A stretch of 64,000 nucleotides of DNA from contig NC_086375.1 in the NCBI RefSeq assembly GCF_036588685.1, forward strand, positions 22,506,001-22,570,000, read 5' to 3'. Positions 23,351-35,970 of the stretch are shown here, piece by piece. Below the pieces are notes generated by a model. The model saw nothing but the letters and a program-made list of their open reading frames with translations. It searched no databases and had not been told where the DNA came from. Position numbers and translations under genes: made by a program. Numbering within the stretch: position 1 is the first letter of the stretch; every line of letters starts with the position of its first letter. The stretch is from Mytilus trossulus (lineage: Eukaryota).

Positions 23351-24987
23351 TTACACTTGATTACTTAATTGTTGCATTATGACTGCTTGCTGTTTTGCCA
23401 ATTCTTTGATGTCCGGCTTCTTTTTAATAGAGTCAAGATCAACTCGTTTCCTTCTCACAATGATAATGAACACTATTCCATTAAGTATGCCACCAATATT
23501 TGAAAAAGTTGTAACGAAATTGAACAAAAGTTGAGGGACATCCGTAACCCACTGCCAAATACCATACATCGCCATTGCCCACCACTGTACAAGGAATGCA
23601 GTAACGAACAGCGACATGGTTTTGGCAGCTCTATGCGATGCTTCCAAAGATTTGTACGATTTGCCAAGAGTTTTTTTAATTGCTTGTGTTTCTTTATAGA
23701 TACGTACCAAGCTCATGACGTAAAGAATTATATTACTTATCAAAATAAAACAAAGTAATATTGTTGTAAAGATGAAGTTGGCTATCTGTCCAGTTACACC
23801 ATCAAAGTAGCAGCTGAAATTTGAATAGTACGTTAACATTATTAAAAAAAAATATGCCGCAGTAGTTATTTTGTTTTAATCTGTCAAACAATCGTGATGC
23901 CACCGTTAAATATATGTAATGTCGATTTAAGTTCTTCCATTTCGTAACTGTATTTGAATTAAACTCTTTGTAGAAAAATACCACTTCGTGAAATAAAGTC
24001 TGTGTAACGTGAACATGTTCGAGAGTAACATATTCACTGAGATATGTAAACACCATACGATGGAGCAGAAAGTATCATATTGCTGAGAAATGATTAATTG
24101 ACTTTAACATATTGATGGGAGTTGCATCCGACTGCCTGTGCGATTTAAAAATGTGCATCTTTGTCCGTTTCGATTTATGAGTTCATTATGCAATATCTAA
24201 TTAAGAGGTCAGTAACTGCAATGTTTCTGCCCATATCAAACATTTTGTTTCTAGTGAAAAATTACATTATTTATTTCGGTAGGGTAGCTATTGATTTTTT
24301 CATTTTTATATTTTCTCCTTCTGAATATGTTTGAAACATTTTGCGCTTGAAAGATAAGCAAACAACAAATATTAAACAAATTAAGCTTTTAGAATAATCA
24401 ATTGCGTTTACCCTGATAGTTTGTATGTATACTTACAAGCTTCCATTTGGACCAAGCTGTCCTAAAGCAGCAACCACTGTCAGTCCCAATGCAGGAAGTA
24501 AGAAAATCACACAAAGAAGTCGGTAATCTCTTAACCCAAAGTTAATTTTTTTCCGAAAAAAAATCAATACAAAAACATTAATTGCAACGTTACTGACCAA
24601 TAAGTTTTGAGCTGTTATAAACTCCGCCAACAAAAATCCATAGAAAGCACACAACACTTTTGGTGTTGGTAGACTCTTTGTAAGAACGATATGCAAATGG
24701 TCAGCAAAATGAGAAATATTAAAAAGACCATCGCATATTGCCATATAAACAGCAAATCTTTCACATCTTGTCCACTGAAAAAAGGTAGATATGTGTTGAT
24801 TGTAAAATGAGTAGCTAATGACCGATACAGCGCTGATCAAACTTAAAAATATGCAAACTAGTGCTGGCACGTGAATGTTATAAAACGAACCATTATCTAG
24901 TCCATATACAGGTAAATCATAACCATCATTCAATTCCTTTGAAGTTGAAATTACACAATTCACCACGCTACAAGAAATGTTCGTCAT
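23351..24987 (-). CDS. Orphan 7-TM GPCR paralog 3; exons 24987-24437 and 23813-23351 (337 aa)
   Basis: GT at 24436 and AG at 23815-14 join GPNGS-F-CYFDG; closest to paralog 1. Confidence 0.88.
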
Positions 24988-26169
24988 ATTTGTTCCTTTT
25001 CAAATTTCAAACATTGATTTCGTTATCAGGAACAATCTTTATCAGTTCATACTCAAATATAGATATATATTTGTGTCTAATTTATGGCACTGTCAATATG
25101 ATTCAGGTAGGATGAAGTACTTCCTTGTTTGTATATTTGTTATCTATTATGGGATTGTTCTTTCGTTCGGTATCACGCTATATAATATTGTCATTTTGAC
25201 GTCAATCTCACCGTTGTAAGTTCCGTTCTTGTCAAAGAAAGATATTCAAAAGCCGTATGTAGTTATATGGTCGGAATGACCTTTCAGAATCGTCATCTCG
25301 TTAATCTAATATGGTTTAAATTTTTCATTCAAAAGCCGAAGGTATTTGTCGTTGGACTAATCAAAAAGCTAAATATGTCTGTTATGACATATCCACAAAG
25401 CATTTTTCCATCTGTCTTAATGATAATCGCTCTTTTAGATCTGGCTATACCCTCTAAATTCAAATGTGTTTTTTACTTGATGATACAGGCGCGTATATGT
25501 ACCTTGTTTTCTTCTTTTTAGAATTCATAATTTAGTTTATTCACATTGAATATGGTGCAACCTCTCGTTTGATTAATACAGTGTCTGTAAGGAAATGTCA
25601 TCTAAAAGACCACTTATTGTACATCTTCTAAAATTGATACTTCTTTTCCTGAAAAAAAATATTACTCTGCTTTAGTTATATTTACCTAACGTTTGAAAAA
25701 AGGACTTTTCAACACGTGTTATGATTTTTTTTTACAGTATAATTAATTTCGAAGCATAATATTTTTTCTCCACATTCTATTATATCCAGGCAGTAAATCA
25801 TTATTAAATCACGATAAAAGTTATTTAATTTTGGTATCATATTGAAAAATATTGCGCCTAAGGACAAAATAGACCAGGTCAGAACTGAAATATCGTAGAC
25901 ATAATTCAGAATGATTATATATATGGTTTTCTTAAAGCTGTCATTTCAACATTATTTTTATATAAAACTCTAAACCTGTCAATATAAAACCAAATAAGAT
26001 AATAGCTATAATTAGGCATTTGTAATAAAATCAGTAGTTTATAATAAGCTTTAAGATAATGTATCCGTACGGAGCTCTTGAAAAATTGCAATTCATTGTT
26101 GTGTAATTCCGTTCTAACTAAAGCCTGTATTCCTCATACAGTTTCGGCTATTGTATATTGTCTTGGTCA

Positions 26170-26381
26170 TACTGTGGATTCATTTATTTTCGTGGGTACC
26201 AATTTTCGTGGATCGCGGAAAACTTGCATATTCGTGGATATTTAAATTCGTTGTTTGAGAAAAGTTTGCATACATTCCTATTGAAATTTTGTATTTCGTT
26301 GAACATTTATTTTCGTGGTTCCCCTGTTTCCACGAAATCCACGAAAATTGGTATCCAACGAATATTAATGAATCCACAGTA
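26170..26381. mobile_element. MITE with long TIRs and TA flanks
   Basis: TA-CTGTGGATTCATT..TTCGTGGGTACCAATTTTCGTGGA / TCCACGAAAATTGGTATCCAACGAA..AATGAATCCACAG-TA. Confidence 0.8.
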
Positions 26382-28814
26382 TCCTTTTTCATGTTTTCAA
26401 CTCTTGTTACATACATATTTGTATTGCAAGCTTATTGCAAAAAGTAATATCACAAAAATACTTGACTTGAAGGAAAATTCAAAACAGACAGTCCCCAATC
26501 AAGTGGCAAAATCAAATGATAAACTGGTTAGTGAAAAAATTGTGTATAAAAGAAATACATTCAATTTGCTCTCACCGTGTCAATGAAATAATTGAAACAA
26601 AAATAAACATTATTAATCCAATGAATTATACATTAAAATTGATTAATTTGTTACTTAAACCATCTGATTATTTATACGGCAGATTCCTAATCTCGTCTTT
26701 GATGGATATTCGTCTCTGAATCAATGATACTCTTTATTTTATACTCATTGTAATTACGTAGGAGTTAGGTATTTGCTACATAATAATTTCCTTTTTTGAT
26801 ATTAGTTTTTTTCTTCAGAAAACATAGAAACATATATGGTTTGTTTCCGCCATGAAGCAACCTTAACCCGATAGCTCATCTGTTCTGTTTTAATGATTTT
26901 GAGTGAATGAATGATGAAAATAAAAAAAGATACTAGAAGCAAATAATAAAAAAGGTGAAGAAAACCAGATAATACCATGTACCAAATGAAAATTTCAACA
27001 TCGTATTTTTAAATGGAAAATAGAAAATATGATATAAAAAAGAAGCTTTATACAATTAATTAATGTTGGTCTATAGTTCAGCATCCTTAAATAGAATGTT
27101 CACCCCTAAATAGATTTTTCTCATTGTTATTCGTGTGCGATGTTTGTTGTCACATCGATAAATCGTTCACATCTTTGTAAAGTAAATGAAAATAGAAAAC
27201 CTATCACATAAGATAAATTTCGTGTCAAATAGCGTAGTTTTAAGCAACCATAAGCCAACATACGGTCTGAATAGCGTTTTCGCTACATTTTTATGTATGG
27301 TTCAAATACCATATGTACATGATTTGCTCATTGTGTGTATTATTTATTAATTCTTTGCGAGGACAGTTTATTGATATTTATTAATCATTCAAATTTTCAA
27401 AGAAGATAAAACAAAAATTCCATCGTACCGTGCTTTTCAGTCTATAGGCGAACAGATTGCAGGAAAATATTTATTTTTTCCACTAAACATTTTTTTCTCT
27501 ATCATTTTCAGTGCCAAATTCAAAATTGATTCTTCGTCAAGGTCAGCACATGTTTATTACATCATTTATTAAAGTTATGTCGAATATTCAATGTATCTCC
27601 TAAATTAATATCAAACATAAATACCAATTGACAGAAACAAAAAAATCAGACACTCAAAAGAAAGAAATCATTATGCTAAAGTTAAAATTATCTAATATAC
27701 AAGTGCGTAGTTAATCCTCATACCTCGTATGGAAAGAAATAGCTAATGTTATTATGAATTGAATATTGAAAATACAAATAAATTTGATAGATTTGGCGGC
27801 ATGAGGCACTAATCTGGGTTACCCTTAATAAAAAAAATAATAATAAAATGTTTTAAAAAAAAAAGGAAACTGTTTTACTACTGAAAATTCTCTTAAAAGA
27901 GAAATATCCAAACCAGTTTCAATTATCAAAATTGGTCTCTCTTTTGATATTAGTATATCTTATATAAAGTTCCTACCTTAGAGCTGATACTTTCCAAAAC
28001 AATTGGAGGAGATTCATAACGCTGTTTTATTTGCACAAAAAGTATTAATCCAAACAAATAAATGAATGTGTACATTTAAATAATATTTTAATAAGGCCTA
28101 TCTAATATTGACTTATATTGCGTGCAGATCTCAAATTAGTTCGTCAGTTGTTATGCATTGGTGGTAACATCATCATTAGGTGTTTCTGAACCATTGATTA
28201 TGATTGGTCTCGCTTTGAAATTTGATTAAAAGAACATTTACTTCAGTTTGTCTCACTTTTGATTTAGAAAGGAAGAGTGGTTAGGCAGGTGTATTTTGGG
28301 AATTTAGTTGCATATTAAGTATAAGTTTTTAGCATTACCAAGGGGGTGACAATCTATTTACCAGACTTCATTGTATTTAAGTGTAGGTTAGTTATGAGTT
28401 AATATATGCCAGCATGAACCATTTATTATATATGGTTCATTGACATATGCTTTCCATGATATTAACACATACAAAACGTAGGACATATACATGCCTCACG
28501 AGTAATATTATAGTTTAATCTTATTTCTGTTTCAATAAAAAAAATGTCTATGTTTTAAAAGGTACATCGTGGAGACATACATGTAAAAAATAAATTTACA
28601 GCAGTTTTTAGGCAACAGTTATGAATTATGCGCGACAGTCATATATGTGATAGGTTTAGCTAGCCATAAAACTAGAATTAATCCAACATTTTCGACATAA
28701 TAAAATGCCTGTACTAAGCCAGGAATATGACAGTTGTAGACCTTGAAAAGTACTCAAATATTTGATGCTGATATCAATGTTAGTTTGGTAAAGGTATTTT
28801 TTATAAATGAATAA

Positions 28815-28885
28815 GTATAATGAATCTTATGTAGACAAAATGGGCTTCTGGCGTAAATACAAAATTAAATCCTGGTATCTATCAT
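28815..28885 (+). repeat. Highly degenerate family A hammerhead-unit fragment
   Basis: ATGAATCTTATGTAGACAAAA..TCTGGCGTAAATACAAAATT..CCTGGTATCTAT. Confidence 0.6.
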
Positions 28886-29599
28886 TGTATGGTGTGCCAG
28901 CGTTCTAGATATCATAAAGTTCAATTTAGCAGATTGTGTATAGTAGTTTTTTTGTTGGAAACTCTAGTCATACGTAATCGATTAATGATACTATAAAAAG
29001 CTATTTGATGTAATATATTTTCGTCATATTAGCAAATGCAAATTATTTATTAAACGATTTTCTGACGCATTGTAAAATGCAATGATAAACATTGTAACAT
29101 CAACTAAATTAATTAATTTTGGGGCTGTTTTAACATGTATTCGATGAATAATTGGGACAAAATGAAGAATGTTTAACATATCCTTTCGAGCCATTTGATT
29201 ACTCGTTTTATGCATTGCAATGCTGTTTCTTTGAATAAATAATTCTACAAGAATCGAAAATCATAATCATAAAATTCGTTGTAAAGCCTATCAATAATTC
29301 ATGTTACTTATATATATCATGTCCTTATCTGACTGTGGCATTTCAAAGTTCCTGCTCTTCATACTGGTCGGCCAATTTCTCACCGAATTCCTATTTGTAT
29401 TCTTGTTAATAAGGATGTAATAATAGCCATGGGCGTTTATCAAACACCAATAATTCTTTTGCTTGTTTATATAGTTAGGTTTTGCTTTTTTCAAAAATAC
29501 TTTAATATAAAATTTAACATAGATACCAGGACTATAATTCTATAATCTTTTAATCACTAATCAATAAGCAAATAAGGAAGGAAGCATGCAAATAATTTC

Positions 29600-30312
29600 C
29601 GTTTCACGTCTATGGATATTACAAAAAAAGACGAATCGGTAACAGTTATAGTTTAAAGAGACAAATAAAAGAATACGATAACACGTTTATTAAGATGATA
29701 AAAACACGTCAGTACCTTGAATCTATACTTCAAACCATCGTGTTTTATTTGTAAAATTGATACGGATTATTTTTCAACAATGTCTAAATAATGAACTTTT
29801 CAAGAAAAAAGACGAGACGTTCTTTGAAATACCCCTGGTTCATTACCTTTCTGATCAGACATTAGTGACTTTTTACAAAGTCTGAATAACAGACGCAAGC
29901 TCCTGAATACAGGATTACTTGGTAAATATATATCCCATACGCAGGTACAATTGTCACACTGGTGCGGAAAATTGATAATTTCTAAAAAAAAAGAATAGTC
30001 TCAGTTATCATAGATTCTAATACTGACATGACAAATTCGTGGTATCAGTCTTATATTAAGACAGAGGAAACAGACTCTGTTTTTCTTCAATGTCAAGTTC
30101 TGGAGATATATTTAAAGAACCCACTCAGAAAAGTTTGGATGGATAATGTTACTAAATACGGAATTAAATGATATGGCTTCCTTGATTGTCTTGCATTTGA
30201 CAAGTGTCTAAAGAAACTTATCCTTATCTGAAAATAAGTAGAGGTTGACAAGGAGCGGAGCACAGTTCGTTACCATAGGAATACCGACACTTTGTTGAAA
30301 AGTCTACCTCTC
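29600..30312 (-). mobile_element. Degenerate Penelope-like RT fragment (second subfamily)
   Basis: Minus strand, across stops and frameshifts: QQSVGIPMVTNCAPLLVNLYLF (RT motif B) and PAYGIYIYQVILYSGACVCYSDF..RKVMNQGY (thumb region). Confidence 0.75.
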
Positions 30313-30319
30313 ACTCAAG

Positions 30320-30600
30320 AAGTTATGCCAACACAGAAGTACTAACTATTGGGCTAATGATACCCTGAAAAGGAAACCTCCACCAACAGTTTCATCGAAC
30401 CATTAGTTGTAGATCGACTCATTATAAATACCAGGATCAAACTGGTATACGCGGGGCATACAGGTTTTATCTCAACATGACTCAAGTGACGCTCGAATCA
30501 AAAAGCAAAAATGTCCAAATGAGGTTAGAAGTTATTGAACAATGAAAACAAAAGTTTTTGAAAATGTTTTCTTTTAACTACTAAGGTAATTTTTATCGGA
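30320..30600 (-). repeat. Degenerate family A retrozyme-like unit
   Basis: Remnants GACTCAAGTGACGCTCGAATC and ATACCAGGATC, plus the CCACCAACAG..TCGAACC module. Confidence 0.6.
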
Positions 30601-31452
30601 AAGAAAACATAAAAAAATGAAAAGAAAAATAGTTTGAAGATAAAAATGGAAGTAGGAATGTCTTCAGTATGAAAAAAAGCGATAACTCTTCTTATTATAT
30701 AGTTCCAGCCACTTCTCAGTACTTACTTGATTATCCGTAAACTCAACATGTTACGAGCTCAGATCATTCAACAAACTGGTTTATGAGACACCATACAGTA
30801 AGTATGCGTGGATGGATACATGTCTTTTGCTGGCAAAATGTCCGTATTCGTAGTTAAGTGCATTAGCAGCCATCTGCTGTACTACAGTTTCAAAAACTAA
30901 TCTACCAGTAACACATTGTCGTGGTGAGCAGTTTTTGTGGTTTCTTGTGGATAATTGTTTCATTGGCAATCATACCACATCTTCTTATTTATATTTAAAA
31001 GTTTTATTCATGTTAACAACCAAGAAATGTGATTTGCATCTTACTTGAAACAATTTGCTTCTTGATAACTTGTTCACTTCGGAAGGTTTATGATTAGTTT
31101 GTCTTTAAGGACATATTTTTCTCGTTTATACTAACAAAACTGCGTATGTACATTGCTTAGTTTGTGTTAGAACTATTGTACAACAGACATCGTCTGTGCT
31201 TGTTTATGTTTTGATCATTTTGTGCGCATGTTTTGGTTGCCGTTAACAAAACAAACTTATTTCGTTACGAAGACTAGAGGTTGCAACATTCTTTCGTTTT
31301 GGGAACTCATTGTGATGCATATAAAATAAATTCTTTTCAGCAACTTTTCACGTACTTAGTAGACGTAAAATTAAATAGGCGAACTGTTGTAATTTAACAA
31401 TGCATGACCTCTCAACTTCCATACTAGTCCTAATTCTTTAGATAATCCAATC

Positions 31453-31760
31453 TTTTCATGCCCCTCCTATGATAGAAGTGGGGCATTATGTTTTGTGGTT
31501 TGTGCGTTCGTTCGTTCGTTCGTTCTTTCGTTTGTTCTTTCGTTCGTTCGTCCCGCTTCAGGTTTGATAATTTTGTCAAGGAAGTTTTTGATGAAGTTGA
31601 ATTCAAATCAACTTAAAACTTATTTCGCATGTTTCCAATGATATGATCTTTCGAATTTAAATGACAAAATAGATTTTTACCCTAATTTCGCGGTCCATTG
31701 ATCGTAGAAAATGATAGTGCGAATGGGGCATCCGTGTACTTTAGACACATTGTTGTTTTC
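31453..31760 (+). mobile_element. Helentron-associated interspersed element (HINE/pearl-like)
   Basis: 5' inverted repeat ATGCCCC..GGGGCAT, (GTTC)n microsatellite, 3' subTIR GGGGCAT and short hairpin GTGT..ACAC, T-rich ends. Confidence 0.7.
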
Positions 31761-32272
31761 TAATCATTTCTCCCTCTTTTCTATTAAGCGTCCTTCTACC
31801 ACAAGTCTTTAGGCAAATATCTTATTATCGATTTTAATGACATTGGGTCGACCACTCTTGAAATGTAGGCCAAACCTATCTTCCCTTCAGCTTTAAGTAC
31901 TATTTAAACCTTAAAAAAGCTGAATTATTGATGACAAGAATTTCAGTTTGAAGCCGTTTATCAATGTCATCCCGGTCCACAGATTACCACAACAGCTAGT
32001 TTGATAATTCCAATTTTCAAATGCTAAATCTATATATGCGAGTTATTTGTAAAGTTACATTTATTTAAAATAGTTTTAATAAGTCTCAATTTTTAGCTGG
32101 TTCCATGGCAACGACGACAATTTTAGAAATTTCAAAGTCAAATGCTATATCTACATATGCCAGATATTATATTTGTTAAGTTTCATTAAGTTCAAAGCGT
32201 TTTAGAAATTTCTTATTTTTGTCGTTTTGATTGCAATTAGTTATAAAAAATACCAAGATTATAATTTAGAAG

Positions 32273-32313
32273 ACCAGACGCGCGTTTCATCTACATACGA
32301 CTCATCAGTGACG
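32273..32313 (-). ncRNA. Near-intact type I hammerhead (family A)
   Basis: Minus strand CGUCA-CUGAUGA-GUC-GUAUGUA-GAU-GAAA-CGCGCG-UC^UGGU, with C11.1 changed to U and a shortened stem I. It lies within unit fragment ~32235-32375. Confidence 0.78.
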
Positions 32314-33149
32314 TGCAGATCAAAATAGTTATAAAGCCAAACAAGTACAAAGTTGAAGAGCATTTATGACCAAAGTCAGGAATATGACAGTTGTTCGTTT
32401 ATAACGTTTGAATTTTTTTCCCTCAGATCAAGTGCAGTCATATTGATAATTACAAAGTTAAATGCCGCATCTTTGTATGCAAATACATAGTACTGTAAAG
32501 ATTCATTTAGTTTAGAGCTATACTAGTAACTAAGGAATAATAATATAATATTAATAGTAAAGGAACGGAGTAGAATCAGTATCCCCTGATATTCGTTCTG
32601 GTTGTCATGATAAAGCAAACGTCGATTACGTTGATTTGATTTATAGTTCATCAAACCGATCTGCAATTTATCAATTTTACACAATATCCATATTGAAGTC
32701 ATAATTTTCATGACCCTTCGATGTAAAGTGTGCTAAAGTTTTTAAGCTCTCTCCATATAAATCAAAATATCAATGCATGATGATATACCTAAAAGCTTAC
32801 TTTTCCACTTTTTTTGTCACAGTTTGATAACACTGTCCTAATTACATATTAATAATTAAACAAGACAAATAAATGAATGTGTACATTATGAATCTCATAT
32901 TGACAAATATTTCATACAAGCCTTAAATAAACTAATTAATTGTTTGTCATTGGTAACAAAACAATAATAAGTTGTAATTTTATGATTGGAGATGAATCAA
33001 CTTTCTTTGAAGTTATGAAAAAGATTTCAATAATGTATGTCGCCTAAAGCCAAGGTTATGTAAATGTAGTGTTCAATATCTGATAGAGAACTCAAATGAG
33101 CTCATACAGAACAATACTGTTTAGAATATTTAAAGTAAAAAGATGCATA

Positions 33150-33292
33150 TTTTAGGGGCAAGCTGAAGGACACCTACGGGTGCGGGAATTCTCGCTACAT
33201 TGAAGACCCATTGGTGGCCGTCGCCTGTTGTCTGCTTTATTGTAGGGTTGTTGTTGCTTTGACACATTCCCCATTTCCTTTCTCAATTTTAT
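33150..33292 (+). repeat. SINE-like repeat (GGGGCCAGCTG family)
   Basis: Matches 9560-9625 and 2490-2565. Confidence 0.65.
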
Positions 33293-34547
33293 TAATGATT
33301 AATAAGTTGCATTTTGTAAGTTGAGTGTATTCAAAGATTAAATTTCTTGATTAAATAAAGGCTATAGTAGTATACTGATATTCAAAAGCAAGAAAAACAA
33401 GTTTTACCCTACCGTGTGCTATATTTATGAGAGAAAAAAAACCTGAAATTACAATATTTATCACTAATAATATTGTTAAAGTATTTCTATTTCAAATAGC
33501 AGAGATGTTAATGTGTATTAAATATGGTGATTGGTGGGTAAAGTTAATCGAGATGGTACCTCTACAGCAACATAAGTCTTAAAATATCCGTGTTGAAGAC
33601 CCTACATTAACCTATAATTGTTTACTTTTATAAATTGTGACTAGGATGGAGAGTTGTCTCATTGGCAGTCATACCACAATTCCGTATATCTGTATATAGA
33701 ACATGTTTGTTCGGTCAATTACACAACATTCCGACAACTGGAAATAACAACGAACTCAGAATTATACGTGCGTTTCGATTCTTTGTTTGTAGTTACCTAC
33801 AACCAGTTGTAGGTTAATATAATAAAGCAGCAATAGCTTAATGGTGTTCAAATCTCAAATTCGTGATGATTACTGTGTAATTTATACAGTATCGGATGAA
33901 ATTGTTCTTCTTTATAAATCTGTTGAAGCACATTGGGTGAAAAGAGCATAACCCGACTAGTGAAATTCGTATAGTGTGAACATGCAAAAGCGTAAAATAT
34001 AAATTGGGACTCGTAATCATCATATGATATAGGGTATATTACTGCTGAGAAATGGTTAGTTAACAATTGGAAAGTTGAGCTCGTTACATTTGTCTTTTTA
34101 ACATAGGTGTACTACTGTTTATATCTAAGTATAAAGTCACTATGATATACTATATGAAATTAACTGCTGAAATTTAGGGGTTGTAGTCACAGGACATTCT
34201 CATTAATCTGAAAGCGAAAATTAAACCTTTTTTTTCTAACTCTTGTCCTTGGTGGATGTTTGTATAATTTTTTCGCTATACGATTTGAAAAACAATAAAG
34301 TCATTTAAAGTGCACAATTATTACCATACATTAAAATCGAAATTTTGAAATGTGTTAGTCCAAATGTTAAAGACTGTCTACTAAATCTAGCCTTATAAGA
34401 AAGAGAGTTTATGACATATATTAAAAGAGTATTTTCGGTTTTATTAAATCTTATATTTAAACGAAGAATATAAACAAGATAACATAGGAAATAAAGTAAA
34501 ATATTAAACAATTTAAAACGTAATAACATATATCAGAATTCAACAAT

Positions 34548-35970
34548 TCAAACAGCACTTTGTGTATTTGTCGAGTGAACCTTAGAATTGATATGTGAAC
34601 TAGTCGTACCGCCGGATCCTGCTTTATCGCTTGATCCTTTCTCTTCTGATTTCTCTCTTTTCCTTCGTATTATAGTTATAAACACAATTCCATTTAGAAG
34701 ACCTCCAATGTTTGAAAATGTTGTGGTAAGATTTACCATAATTGCTGGTACGCTTCCTATCAGTTGCAATAAGCCATAAACAGCAAGAGCCCACCATTGG
34801 ACAAAGAATGCAGTCACAAACAACGACATTGTTTTTGCAGCTTTATGTGATGCTCGTATAGCTCTTGATGATTTTCCAAGCGAGCTTTTGATTTCACGTG
34901 TTTCTGTATATATTCGAAACCAACTGACTATATACATGACTGTATTACTCACTAATATGAGTAGTAAAGGTACTGTCGTGAAGAAAATATATGTCATTTG
35001 TCCTTTAACTGCGTCGATGTAACAACTAGAACAAAAATAAACCTTGTTAATGATATTTAATTAAAAAATCAAACAAAACAGCTTAATGAACTAATGTCAC
35101 TAGTGTTAAAAATTTGATCGATTTTCCTATAATGGAACATAGCAACCTCATTGCAATTATTTTCTTATTTTATATCCTAAACATAGTCAGTTCATACTAA
35201 ATATACCAGATATAAAGCCATACCTGAATATAAGTAAACCCGATTCAATAAACTGAATGTTTGAGTTACTTTTAAATACTTTATTTTAATAAGAGCTCAC
35301 GATCTTAGATTCATAAAGGAATATTTACAATTTCATTTAACGAATGTTAAATTGTGTGGTTATCATTTGATATACTAGTTTGAAGTTTTTGAAAAAAAAA
35401 TAACACTTACAATGCTCCACTCGGACAAAATTTTCCTAGCGTAGCTGCAATCGTTGCTCCTACTGCAGGAACACCGAAAACATATACCAAAAGTCGATAA
35501 TCCCATCGACCGAAGTCTATCTGTTTTCGAAAATATATTAATACAAACACATTTATTGCAACAATATTGACCATTAAGTTTTGAGCTGTTACAAATTCTG
35601 CTAATATGAATCCGTAGAATGCACATAGAGATTTCGGCATTGGGAAAGATTTTGTAACAACAATGTGTGTGTGATCACAAAAATGTGAAATGTTAAACAA
35701 AGCATCACATAGAGCCATGTACACAACAAATCTTTCACTTTTAGTCCATTGGAAGAACGTAGAACAGTTTTGGTGATAAAAAGAATACCCAATCACTGCT
35801 ACTGCACATATGAAACTGATACATATACATGCTATAGCTGGGATATGAACTATGTAAAAAGTATCGTCACTTATTCCATAAACAGGTAAATCGTAACCGT
35901 CAACAAGGCGAACCTCTTGTCTGTATAGTATTGTAATATTACTATTGTAAGTTGTACTGACATATGACAT
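34548..35970 (-). CDS. Orphan 7-TM GPCR paralog 4; exons 35970-35411 and 35025-34548 (345 aa)
   Basis: GT at 35410 and AG at 35027-26 join CPSGA-F-CYIDA; closest to paralog 2. Confidence 0.88.

Noticed and set aside
26158-26586. 142-aa ORF and antisense 78-aa ORF
   Set aside because: They span a palindromic MITE and a SINE-like fragment.
33155-33260. HDV-like or pistol ribozyme in the GGGGCCAGCTG repeat
   Set aside because: A P1-like pairing exists, but the P3/L3/P1.1 and pistol consensus elements could not be built.
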